From assembly GCA_040954595.2 (NCBI GenBank), contig CM082578.2:6805519-6869518 (forward strand): a DNA stretch of 64,000 nucleotides, given 5' to 3'. The translations under genes and the position numbers were made by a program. Under the pieces are notes generated by a model. That model had not been told where the DNA came from. It was given only the letters and a program-made list of their open reading frames with translations, and made no database searches. The stretch comes from Balanoglossus misakiensis. Lineage: Eukaryota > Animalia > Hemichordata. How positions within the stretch are numbered: the stretch's first letter is position 1; each line of letters opens with the position of its first letter. This document shows positions 39,501 to 51,686 of this stretch, in pieces.

Positions 39501-42500
39501 CTTCAACAGCAAGTTATATGTGTCAATGGCCTCCAGGTTAACTGTCAGAAGCTGTCCTAGTAAAAACTCAACAAGTCAAAAGCTGGGAAATTATTTCAGT
39601 ATTTTGTCAAATTTTCTGCAGCTCACTAGTATAAGTAGAAAATGTCGGTCTGCTGAGCACTGTGGAATGGCAACAGCTGCCTACTTGTTAATGCGATGTT
39701 GACGGTTCTATACGCATGTGTGTATAGAACTACATGTTATGCACTGATGTAAACCCTCCATTCAAAGACTCTGTCCGTCTTCAGTGCTGAATTTCATAAA
39801 ATATTTTGGAAAGGACAGCACAACTCAAACCCCATCCTATTTTCTGTCAATCCAAAGCCAAAACGCAGAGACTTACCCTCCAACTTGAAATCCCACAAAC
39901 TTGTACCGGGTGTTATCTAAGAACTGCTCAACATCTTTTTGCCTGTGATTCATAAAAAAACAATGAAATCATCAGTTAGTAAAAGAAAAGTGTAGGGCAT
40001 AAATAAGATCTGTGAGTATTGAGTCCTCTAATTCTAATTCAATCATGAAAGTAAGACTGCTAATACGCCACTCTATTCTCTTTCTGTTTCGTCCCCAATG
40101 AAAGACACCTGGGTGGCCATTCGACTGGAAATCTGCACAGAAACGACTCGATCGCACGCAAGACTTCCCCTAAAAACACTGACCTGACTTTCGGCGCCCA
40201 TGGCAAGATCTTGGGTTCGCGCGGCGTGTCTGGAGGCCTCTGCACCGTCTCGTTCTCCTCATCATCGCTGGGCGGACTCTGCTCGTCGTCTCGGTTGTTG
40301 TCGTTCTCCTTTCGGTCGGAATCGTCGAAGTTGGGATCGTCCATGCCGATCTGTTTAACCAATTCCTACGAGAAAAAAAACACGGCACGTGAGATTTCTG
40401 ACAGAACACTCGAACAGTGCGGCAGTGGCAGAGTGAGCGAGTTTCATGCAAGAAAGCAGCAGAGAGAAACGAGAATGCCGTAGTAGAATTTAGCAAGACG
40501 GGGGAAAAAAATTAGAAGTATGCAGATCAGCCAGAACCATAATTACCCACCATGCATCACACAGGAAGTGAGTAAAGGGTAGTGAGTGGGTGAGAGGTAA
40601 GGAAACTACGGAGAGGGCAAGAATCACACCGACATAAAAATGTTTAACAAAAACAGTCAAATAATATAGTATCATTACAGAGTCACACAGGGAGATCATG
40701 AATCTCACCCAATGATTTTATTGGGGAGTAGTATTTTTGAAGGTCTGCTTGTCAGTGCAAGCAAACGACCTTGTTACAACAGACATGCTGTTCAAAGGAC
40801 AGAGACCGCATTTTAGGTTGAATAGGCAAATATTTTCCAATGGGAATGTTGACTTGTAATACACACATACAAATCTTGTGTGCAAACAAAACAGACAACT
40901 TGATTATTTCAAAATTCATAAGATGATCGGATTTTAAATTTAATGTCTAGAAGTCACAAGATTTGATTTCATGTCTCCCAGGTGTGACTCTGTAAATGAT
41001 GTCATTACTATTTTCAAAATAAGCAAAATTTACGAGAGAATAAAGACAAAATGGACAGATCTGTGCCTAGTCATTTTGTATCCAATTCAAAATTTAATTT
41101 ATCACTTTGGTTTTTTGGTTTTTTTTTGTTCACTTCTACAATAATCTGGCTATCTAAGCATGAAACAAGTTTTGATAACCAAAAGAGAACTTGTGCTCAC
41201 AAATAAGACAGCAAACGGAAAAAAGTCGTAAATATGGCAACTCAAAATATTGAAATGGAAAAATTAGAAATTGTAAGAAAACTGAGAACTTGTTGAAAGT
41301 AACTACTCTACTGAGCTCATACATGTACACAGGATGGCAAAGAGATCCAGAGGCAGGTCAAAGTTCAGAGGTCATGGGTCACATCATGGATAATTGATCA
41401 GGTCGTGGAGGAAGAACAGGACACCATCAGGTCATGAAACAAAAACATGGCAAAAGAATAGTCTTTAGAAACCACAATCAAAATATACAATACACAGTAG
41501 GGTATACACTGTAAAAAAAATGCAAAACACAATAAAAAGACATTTTCATCGTTTGCATTTCGTGGGGGGAAATTCAGCTGCTGGGTTTATAAGACGAAAA
41601 CAACACTTCATTCCCCCAACAGCACATTCCCACAACCACTTGACGGATGTCAAATATTGAGAATCAGCCTGTTTGTCATAGATCACGTCTTCATCACCTT
41701 GCTTTTTGGAAGTCCCTGTTAAAAATATATGAAATAATGCAACACACAATGCTACATGATCAATCACTCCATCAGTATTTACAGTGGAGAAATACAACCG
41801 ACAGCTCCTGGAGTAATCCACAGCATATATTTTAAACTTAATATCAACAGTTTTTTTTTTGCACTACCACGTTTTTTTTACCACAGTTATAAATCACATT
41901 ACCCCCATTCCAAACAAAACCGATACCTTTCTGTTGCCACGGCCGCGCTTCTGCTGTTGCTGTTCCAGAAGGTCAGCGGCAGAGGTCGGCGGCGAGGCGG
42001 CTCTCATGTTCCTGGTGACCTGGACGCTGTCTTCAGGTAACGGTGGCAAGCCGATTTTCTCCCTGGCAAGACCCTTCATGATGGCGAATTCCTGTATCCC
42101 TCCGAGCGAAAACTGGAAGCAAAGAAGATGGGGAGTACAACAATGAGAGAGGAATCAAGGTCTTGCAGGCTGTGGAGACTAACACCGTAAACAAGAGGCA
42201 TAGTGGCTGAAGGTTGATGGGAAGTGCATTACCGTACATTCTGTCTATATGCGAGGAAATTGACACTGTTCTGATGTCAAGCGCTGATATTGCAATACTA
42301 TTACTAAAATACAATCGTATTATTAATGTAAATAATGACAATCTGACAGATAGACACACACACACTCTCTCTCTCACTCCCTCTCACCAGAATGGTTTTC
42401 CAGAGCAGTAGTAGAATCTTCTTGATTGGATAATGAGGGGCGTGGCCACTGCAAAACTTGGTCACCATGCCAAACAATAACACAGCCAGGGAGTCTTCAC

Positions 42501-45500
42501 CAAACACAGGCTGACCTGAAAGTCACAGAATAAAACAGATGGTGAAAATTTATTTGCACACTGAAATTTACTTCTTGTACAAGCATAGTGGTGATATCTC
42601 TTGATGGGTACAACAACATGGCAGAACTTCAGTTTGAAATTAAAAACATTAAAATAATAAATAATGAAGTGAATATTAAACTCATTGGTATATCATTTTG
42701 CTATCTACCCACCTAATTCTGATTTGAAAATAGTCCTTATTTCTTCCTCTCTCTCGGAAGGATCGTCATATTTCCGGTGAATCGTCTCAACCATGATGTA
42801 CAGTACACTTATTATAACTCTGGGAATAAAAAAGAAATTACATTTATTTATTTATGTTCAAATCAATTGTATGTCTCCCTGGGCACACACAGACCCACAA
42901 CAGACCAACAACCTTTGACACACCCACACCAGATTCAATAATGGACCCGTTGATGGACCCATAACACAACCAACATCAAAATAGACATACATTGTATAAT
43001 TAAAAGCCTCCATAGCTGCTGCCAGTGGTGTATTGGTTGCATGTGAAGAAAAATCATTCTGTTTTTTTACACAAAGTACGCATGCTAGGTACAGTCACCA
43101 TACATTTGCAATGAAGAATGAAATAGCCAGACACATGGCGAATGGCCAAATCAAGCCTCTGGGAGAAGTAACCCTGTACGTGTTGGTTCCAATTTGGGAA
43201 ACGTACCTGAGATCTGTACTGTCAATGATAGACACAGCCGGTTTCCGCATGGCGCTTGAAGCTGCATTATTATTGCTGGGCGATAAAAAAAGTTCACACA
43301 CATTAATAATGATAAAGATTGACAAAATCCATGTCATGTGGTGCAGATTTTACATGCATACATCATCCCGACACTTGGAATTCAGTATAACATAACTTTC
43401 CATGTGTGTAGGTAGTAGAGAGCTCTCTCACAAATATAAGCAATGCATACAAAAAGTACATATTTTGCACTGCCATTACATTGTACACTTCAACTCTAGG
43501 TACAGTCTCTACAGAACATGATTTATGGAGTTCATGAACATAAAACGAGGTAGTTCAGCTCCTGTCTTAGCCCGCCCTAGGAAATTCAAGTCACACGGTT
43601 GGTGATGTGAGTTCCACATTTCACATTCAGTGCATGCGCACAACTTATTTCCATACAGCATTATGAGAGTTACTCAGAATGCTAGCCGCAGGGAAAACGA
43701 AAAGTGTGCGCAAACCCTGCTCTGCTAACTGTGAAGCTTTGTTCATGAATGGGTGAAAAACAGAACTCCCTCAGCCGGGGGGAGGGGGAGGAGGGGCGAC
43801 TTACTCGGCTTCCATCATCAGCAGTTCAACAAAGGCAGCGAAGGCACCACACTCGTAGAGAAGAAAGGCATTGTGTCTGGCTGATTTCACCTGTTCTGTC
43901 TCACTGGAACACTCACCAAACACACCTGATACAGCGAGAGATGAAAATGCAATTGTGTAAATGTATTCAACCCCAACTGGCCAGTGGTTGGCTGACTGAC
44001 TCCTTGCCTCTGACGTTTCCTTATATGCGTGACATCACAGCAGTACAGCAAGCCAAAAATGTTGTGTACTTCTAACAAGTTACTAATCATAGAATGGTGC
44101 TCCAATATCAAACCATTTAATTAGTTACTAATCACAGAATGGTGCTCCAATATCAAACCATTTATTAGAGTTAGTTTAAAGTACAGCACTTGAGCCATGA
44201 AACATATTCAAATAACTTTGCGCTGTTTTCCTTTGAACACTCTAAAGAACTTCTTTGCATTTGATGATTACTTATAATCGTTTTGCACATACATGTAATT
44301 CATGGCACACTATATTTACATTGCTCTTGTGCCACACCTACCTTGTGCCAGATACAGTATGGACCTTGCTGTTTTCATCCTCTGTTCTCGCTTGGCCACA
44401 TCCAGACCGTTCAAGAGATGGGCAATGTACATGCGTCTCGTCTTATCATCTATCTTGCTCCATTTATCTTGAACTGAAAATGGTGCATGACAATAGTGTG
44501 AAATCTGACAAAAATTTCCACAGTAAACTTAGCTGATTTTGTGTTTTGTCTGTCATTTGTGGTAGTAATTTCTAGTGTTCTCAACTTCTGAGAAGACCAC
44601 AATAAATGTATGAATCTTCTTTTAGGTTACCGAATTTCATCTTACCTTTTGAATGAAAATCTTCTTCAAAGAATTTTTGTCCCGAAGGAAATTCTACTTC
44701 CTCTGTGTAACTGTACAGCTCTGTGACAAGCAAATTTAAGAGAGAAAAGATATTGGAAAACACTACTATTACATGCTATGGAGTGTATAACTTACTTTGT
44801 TTCCAAAAAATGAAATTATCTTTTTCCAAGAAGATGCCCCAGGACAGGACCATGCATTATTTATTTTAGGATTCATAAAATGGAGTAAGAAGCAAAACAA
44901 ATCAAACAACCCGATATGTGTGCTCTAACAAAATTTCTTAAAATTCCCATTTCAAAAACAGATACATGACTGATATTTGTGGAATTGTTACCTGCTATTT
45001 CTGCCACATATTTATCACAATCGTTGTATTCGAAATCAAGGTCTGGCATCTCACTTTGAGTCTGCAAAGGTTGAAAAGACAGAGGTGGGAAAAGGTTTTG
45101 ATAAAGTGTGTAGACAATCAATCACAGATTAGCTCTGCGTACAGGTCTGTGTGTTCCCGGCGTTAACATTGACCCCCCCCCCATAGCTCTGCGTGGCAGG
45201 GCTATGTGTCTTTCTCTTTATGGTGAAGAGTCCACACCCAGCCTAGGCCAGGGGAAGCAAGGCTGTGAGACTTCAAGTGAGTCTGTGATGACAGGATAGA
45301 AATGGACTAATGTGGAGATCATGTTTGGGTACGCGATTCTGTAACGAGTACGACATTCTGTGGACTTTTTTTCCACGGGGTATATGCTTTAACACGCTAA
45401 AAGAGAGAACATAGCAGTGATCTCAGTGTTCTGTCAAATTTCAGGCTATGGTTTGTTATTGTAGTAGAAATACATAATACATGTACAAGTGTACGGCACC

Positions 45501-45692
45501 TTTGTCCTTAGTAAACATCACGGTTGCAAGTTCATTTTCGATATTGTGGGGTTTATGTGGGGTCAACAATGTCAAAGGATTCCAGGCAACGTTAATTACA
45601 CTTACATCGGAATCTCTTCGCTGTCTACGCAGCAGTTCTCTCAACTTTGGCAATCCCCTCTTCCCTGTTCCTCCTCCACCACCACCCTCCAT
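33505..45692 (-). CDS. STRIP1: Striatin-interacting protein (STRIP1/STRIP2, FAM40; STRIPAK subunit), 21 coding exons, ~798 aa
   Basis: Exons 45692-45606, 45061-44992, 44720-44646, 44473-44342, 43925-43805, 43275-43207, 42819-42713, 42515-42388, 42112-41927, 40365-40184, 39942-39877, 39414-39351, 39031-38960, 38610-38536, 38106-38009, 37271-37145, 36734-36634, 34921-34855, 34628-34524, 34377-34173, 33764-33505; all GT-AG, phases consistent, 2397 nt. Motifs: [120 protein letters not shown]. Probably a co-ortholog of vertebrate STRIP1 and STRIP2. Confidence 0.97.
34945..36213 (-). mobile_element. Non-autonomous Helentron-associated (HINE/DINE-1-like) element in STRIP intron 17
   Basis: On the minus strand: 5' subterminal repeat with adjacent inverted copy (36176-36210), then a (TAT/TCT)n microsatellite, internal ~230-bp repeated modules (GATATGGGAAAGTAG.TCAAAGGTCACC) and paired AAATCCAA.ATGGCCGCC, a 3' subterminal IR (34967-34978), a terminal stem-loop GCTGC-TT-GCAGC (34949-34960) and a T-rich end. 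No TSD. Confidence 0.7.
38258..38373. mobile_element. 116-bp MITE with CAGTG termini and a 5-bp TSD (hAT5-like)
   Basis: CAGTGTTCCCCCCAG ... CTGGGGAGAACACTG, flanked by TACTC on both sides (38253-38257, 38374-38378). Confidence 0.6.
44078..44164. repeat. 45-bp tandem duplication in STRIP intron 4
   Basis: AGTTACTAATCA(T/C)AGAATGGTGCTCCAATATCAAACCATTTA occurs twice at offset 45. Confidence 0.85.
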
Positions 45693-46237
45693 TTTGAATC
45701 TGTAATTATTTCCCAGACTACATTGCGGTGCAATCACTGGCCTCCTTTCCGGTAGTAACACTCACCACAGTCGAGTCCCTCCACACTTTCTTGAGGGACT
45801 GTGCACTCACCCAGCTAAAAGCGACATTTTCAAAAGATATTCATACATTGTATTTTACCATTATCGATTTCCAATCACTTAGCTGTAATTTGTAAGATAA
45901 CCATTTATTACCTTTTAAGCACAAATTTTAATCAATGTCAATTTGGGCTCAAGTCAGCATGTTGGTTTCACGCCTGCAATAAAAAGCAAAACTTCTCATG
46001 ACCTAAACCACATAGTCTTTATTTATATGCAATTTGTACGGGAATTGGTTTTAATACATATCAGACAGCTCAGTTTTCAACATTATCGTCGCGCCGACTA
46101 CCGGTTCATACTACATGTACTAGCCCGTTATGCCAGCCCAGCAACTTGAGTCTTCGCTGGAGGGCGCTCTATACACTTCTGATTTTGTTTATCTTGCCAA
46201 ATAACACAAAACGAATGTTTGAGTTCATGGTTTGAGT

Positions 46238-46361
46238 CAATCTGATTAAAATCAGATGTAGGGAACGGCGACGTGGTTTTTTATGCTGTCGCCTCACACT
46301 ACGAGGCGACAGCATAAAAAAAACACGTCACCGTTCCCTACATCTGATTTAAATCAGAATG
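46238..46361. mobile_element. 124-bp foldback MITE with a 9-bp TSD (Mutator-like)
   Basis: Near-perfect palindrome with a 7-nt loop (ACACTAC), flanked by GGTTTGAGT at 46229-46237 and 46362-46370. Confidence 0.85.
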
Positions 46362-47374
46362 GGTTTGAGTGAGACGCACCATAGATCAAAGTTGTTCTGT
46401 GCAATGTCAATTGTCGAACGTCTTCTTTCCGGGTACCTAAATCATGACCTTTGACGTAATTTTATTTCATCCTTTTCACTCCCACTTTTTGATAAATCTT
46501 AATTTGTCCACTTTTCATACACACACACACACACATACATTGTTTGCATGGACGTCTGGTGGGTCACCATGGTAATTTACTTCTGGATAAAACAAATGCC
46601 ACGGGTACGGGTAAACATCTGAACATCATTATTGATTTATTAACACGAAGTCCATGCGAACGATTTAACAAGAAAGTAAAAAATGACAAACAAAAACATT
46701 CGTATTTTATCGTGATGCATCACGTTTTTATAATTGCACACTCACAAATATGGCGATATAAATATTTAAATAATAAAAGATGAATTCTAAGTAATTTACA
46801 TCAAGTAATATTTCTAAGTACGTTAAGTTTGCGCTTCGGGCGGCTGTCTGTGAAGCTCTTGGTTTTATTCCAGTAGCTTGCGTAAAAACTGATTAAGTCC
46901 GCCAATAAATTCAATGCGCATGTGGCAAAAATAGAATTATCAGGAAAATAAATGTTTGTGTGTGTTTGCAGGAGCGAACTTTCTGCTCCTGAAAGCATCA
47001 AACAATATTAAATAAATTAACAAGATAACGCTTTTCGTGAAAATTACCTCCTAAATTCGTCTCTCCTTTTCGTCACAAGCTTTGGCTGTGTCAGGAGTTC
47101 GTTTCATACTGACATACGCCATTTGCACACCTATGAATGGGGAACTGGTGTGAAGTGAGTATTATACAACTGTCCCTCGCTATAATTGTAGAGTTTTGAA
47201 GAAAAGCTCGCGTAATTAGGGCGTGGGGCCAAAACAATGCGCCAACCCACTTCTCACTTTCTTCAAGAAAAGTGACAAAAGAACAGACAGTCTTAGCATG
47301 TGTTAGTGAATGCACACGCACAAAAATCCGAACGATTTCAATAGAACAAAATATTTGAGAGAAAAAAAAGTAGT

Positions 47375-50300
47375 TTAGATTAAGTGTTGCTGCGGTAGAA
47401 CTGCTGTGATATTCGGCAGTGCATGTACCGGAACTGACGTCATAGGGACGTATCCCTCTTCTGGAGCACGAGCAAAGTTTCTCTCCGTTGGAGGGTACAT
47501 TGCGCTGAAGGGGTATGGTCTGTAGTACCCATAGGAGTACGAAGGGTTGAACTTAGAATACAACGCGTGGTTCATCTCCTGCGGGTACGGTTCAACCTCA
47601 GACTTAACTATAGGGGTGTCGCCCCCGTGTATCAGATCCAGTTCACCGCCAGCCGTGGGCGCCTGTTCTCGCTTCTTCCTTGCCCTCCTCTTCTTCTTCT
47701 TTTTCGGAACCGGCACATCATTATCTCTGTCGACGATCTCCCGCTTCTTGGAGGAGCTCAGGTCCAGCGGCTTGTCGGGCGCCAGCAGAACTGGCTCTTC
47801 GGTCGCCATGGAGACGGGAGAATGGCAGTGGGCCTGGACGTTGGGATAATAGTGATAGACGTAGGCCGGGTAGTAATACGGAAAGTGTTGATAATAGCTG
47901 TTGACACCTGCTTGCGCTGGAGGTGACGTCATGTGGTCGTCAGCGCGCGAGCTGAAGCAGGCCCTGCTCGTCGGAGATGGCGACTTCCGCAGGATGGCCT
48001 CCATGTTGAACGACGACAAGCGACCGCTTCCTTTCGTCTGCCGTGCGACGTCGGAGGCGGCGCTCGAACTGGCCCGGCGTTGGCGGCGACTGGCGCTGAT
48101 GATGCTGTCGCGACGAAATTTAGCTCGTCGGTTTTGGAACCATCTCTGAAAGTGAAAACCAGAAATTTTTTTTTATTTCACTGACGTCGAACACAAATAC
48201 TAGTATCTCTTATGAGTTGTTGTACCGTTTATGGTTATACAACAGACAAAATATGATAGACAGTCGCTGCAGTCCGAGTAACCAGAGTGTATGTGCTAAT
48301 TAGAAAAATAAATAGATAATGACGTCGCAAACCGTCACCCGGCCCCAAAGCGACACATGTCAATTTGACTATTATAACCTGTCTGTAAAGAACTGAAGTG
48401 TTATTTGGCGTGAAATAATACAGAAAATCGGATTAGTTGTTCTGTAGTTGAGAGACCACCGTGGTTGATAATCTAGTGAGAAGTGGGGTGATTGTTAACG
48501 AGCACGGCGACAAGCCTTTTGTCAACTTGAAGTTCATGACAACCCTAGTGTAACGTTTCATTGTTTTACCTTTAAAAAATATGCCAGGAAAAGAAAACAG
48601 AACTTGAAGAAAAAAACGGAGGTCGCTTGCGATTCCAATTGCTGATTCAAGAAACCATCAGTATCAGCAGTGATTGTTTTTATTTACATTCCCCGTTTCA
48701 TTTCATTGTTGCATAGAGGTACTTTCAAAAAGTAGACGCCCAAATCTACAATTTTTTGTACTTTCAAAAAGTAGACGCCCAAACCTACAATTTTTGTTTG
48801 TACTTTCAAAAAGTAGACGCCCAAATCTACAATTTTTTTGTACTTTCAAAAAGTAGACGCCCAAACCTACAATTTTTTTTTGTACTTTCAAAAAGTAGTC
48901 GCCCAAACCTACAATTTTTTTTGTACTTTCAAAAAGTAGACGCCCAAATCTACAATTTTTTGTACTTTCAAAAAGTAGACGCCCAAACCTACAATTTTTG
49001 TTTGTACTTTCAAAAAGTAGACGCCCAAATCTACAATTTTTTTGTACTTTCAAAAAGTAGACGCCCAAACCTACAATTTTTTTTTGTACTTTCAAAAAGT
49101 AGTCGCCCAAACCTACAATTTTTTTTGTACTTTCAAAAAGTAGACGCCCAAATCTACAATTTTTTTGTACTTTCAAAAAGTAGACGCCCAAACCTACAAT
49201 TTTTTTTTAAATTGTCTATATTATGACAAACTATTTGTTATACCGAAGAAAGCACATTTCACAGTTTCAGAGTGAGTCCATGACAATTTGCCAATGGCTT
49301 CACCATAGAGTTATATGGCTTCCTCAACTGCCTTTGATCAACCGTAGACCGCGGAACACCCCCCCCCCCTCTGAGGGACAGGCACGGGCGGTTCCATTGA
49401 AGTACGTTCGTGGAAAAACCAACACGAAATTGTCGTATAAAAACAGTTGTGTAGTTTCCTGGCGGCCGAAATATTCATTTACAAGAAAGAAAAAACAACT
49501 TGCCATTGTGACGTAGAAAACAACACCGAGATTCTAACAACTTACCGTGACCGTATCGAAATCTAAATCTAGGGCTTCGGCGATCTTCTGCCTCTGGGCT
49601 GGATCGGGATACTGTTCTTTTTCGAATACCTGCCCGAGGCCCGTCAGTTGGTAGGCGTAGAATGAAGTTCTCCTCGACCTGCTATACCTGCGAGATGTGG
49701 ATTTTGGCTGGTCTGAAAGAGACAAGTCGAAGTTTTTCGTATCAATGCCGGATATTTATGCTATAATGATTAGCACGGCAGTTCACACCCCCATTGTGGA
49801 GAGAACGAGCAGAAAACGCAGCGATAATTTGTTATTCTCGCAAAGTTTTCTTTTTCTCTTTGAGGTTTTACTTCAGTCCTGGATCAAGGAGCTACGCCAA
49901 CGCATTCTGTTTTACAGCTGCCCACAGAAAACAACATATTACGACAAGAAGATAGTAGGAAATATGCACAAAAATCGAACCCAAAGTGATACAGACGTAT
50001 TAATTGACACAGCATTCTGGATCAATGATTGACAGAAAGACGGGTCCCATCTTGAGTCGCACACGGACAAAACTTGCATGCGCCATGTGCTCACGACATA
50101 CGTTGCTGCTGAGCAATACTTAGTGATCGAAACGCCTACTATTTTTAAAAACTTTTATCCAAATAAGAAACCCCGTATACTTTTTTTATGACGCAGGGGG
50201 TTATAGTTATTTTGAGGAGGGTATATATCAACCCGTTTCCCTTCAAATAAATCAAGTTTCAAAACTGTGGATGAACTGTGCTGTGTCAGTACATGGAGCT

Positions 50301-50642
50301 TAACAGGTGGTTGCGCAATGGGTTGTTTATTCGCGGTAATACCGGTGATAAAATGAGAAACCCAACAAGTTAACTGAATTTATAATTCAGCTGCTTCATT
50401 CACATCCTAAATTCAGTAAGGTATAACGACTGTAACTTTTAACTTCTCTTACCACCGAATCCGGGCGAGAGAAGGCCGCAATCTCCACCGACGCTGTCGA
50501 ATTCTTTGCCAAAGCAGGACTGTCCCGGGGATATGGCCTCCGACGATGCGACGGAGCTCGGCGTGAAACACCGACTGGAGCTGCAACTTGACGGCGATGC
50601 CGTGGAGAGAGTCGGCGACGTTGGCAGAGACGCGTCCGACAT
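47375..50642 (-). CDS. Divergent PRD-class (Q50) homeobox transcription factor with eh1 and PLDLS motifs, ~375 aa; family unassigned
   Basis: Exons 50642-50453 (CCACCACCATG Kozak context), 49712-49546, 48145-47375; GT-AG, phases 1 and 0. Homeodomain SRSRRTSFYAYQLTGLGQVFEKEQYPDPAQRQKIAEALDLDFDTVT|RWFQNRRAKFRRDS has P26, Q50 and an intron between codons 46 and 47 (PRD-class hallmarks). Downstream: SSFNMEAIL (eh1-like), DKPLDLS (CtBP-binding PXDLS) and basic KKKKKRRARKKR. The true start may be further 5'. Confidence 0.88.
48719..49208. repeat. Minisatellite of 12 units of 39-42 bp with a 204-bp (5-unit) higher-order repeat
   Basis: Unit GTACTTTCAAAAAGTAG(A/T)CGCCCAAA(T/C)CTACAA(T)n starts at 48719, 48758, 48800, 48840, 48882, 48923, 48962, 49004, 49044, 49086, 49127 and 49167. 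Variant units recur every 204 bp. Confidence 0.95.
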
Positions 50643-51570
50643 GGTGGTGGAAATCAAAGTCTGCGGAGAGTGCACGTTTCGCGATGTTGCTCCGAAGACG
50701 GGCGATGCGGTACTATCCCCAGGTGACGAAACCCGTGGGCTTTTTGATTGTGCGCGCCGTCTAAAGTTCGGCCACTGAGGTGTTAAACAGCGATAATTTA
50801 TTCGTCTATTTGTGTCAATTATTTGAGTGTGTTTGATGTTAGGTGTCTTTACACCTTGACTGGTCGGATACTTATTGTTATTGTCGTGGAGGTGCTAAAA
50901 TGTAGGCACAGGGGCTTGGTGATGGACAGACGCGAAAAGGGAACGATTTATTCCAATTAGCCCAAAGACAATTATTATTCGCCGCGTTGAGTGATAATAT
51001 TTCAGCGTCAATATCACATTACAATGTGTTAAAACAGAGAAGTCGAGAGAGCTGGGCCCGTTTGACAAATGTGGTTTGACTCTCGACACCATCGCTTGAC
51101 CAATATGACGCATTTCAAATGAATAGTCTCAATAAACAGCGGAAATTTTGTAAGCATTAAGTTAAAAGTAACAAAACTGATTGAATGGCGTTGAGTGTAG
51201 ACACTCGACAGTGAAGTTGAGTCTTCCTGGCGTGACGGCGGGTTTCGTACTTGTCGAAGAAGGGAGAAGGACGGTGGGCACATAAGCAGGTGTTAATCAG
51301 GAAGTAAGACAGATGTAGCAGTGAAGGGGTGTTTTAATTGCGCCGCGTCTGGAAACCACTCCACAGGTCTTGAATGTGTCAATCAGTTCTGCCTTTATCC
51401 TTGGAGCATTCTACAGCCCCCCCCCCCACCCAACACTGACCGGCGATTCTTGCTCCAACCATCATCATGCATCAACCAACCAACTCGAAACTTGCCTCAT
51501 CACCATTTTCATTGCCTTTGCAGTCCGAGGAACAAATCCCCGGGCCACGAAGTCGTCTGCTGCAGGCTTA

Positions 51571-51686
<116 letters not shown>

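Noticed and set aside
48719-49208. CRISPR-like appearance of the ~40-bp repeat array, and ORFs 48703-49191 and 48756-49226
   Set aside because: There are no unique spacers (units abut through T-runs), no cas genes, and the array is in a eukaryotic intron. The ORFs are translations of the repeat.
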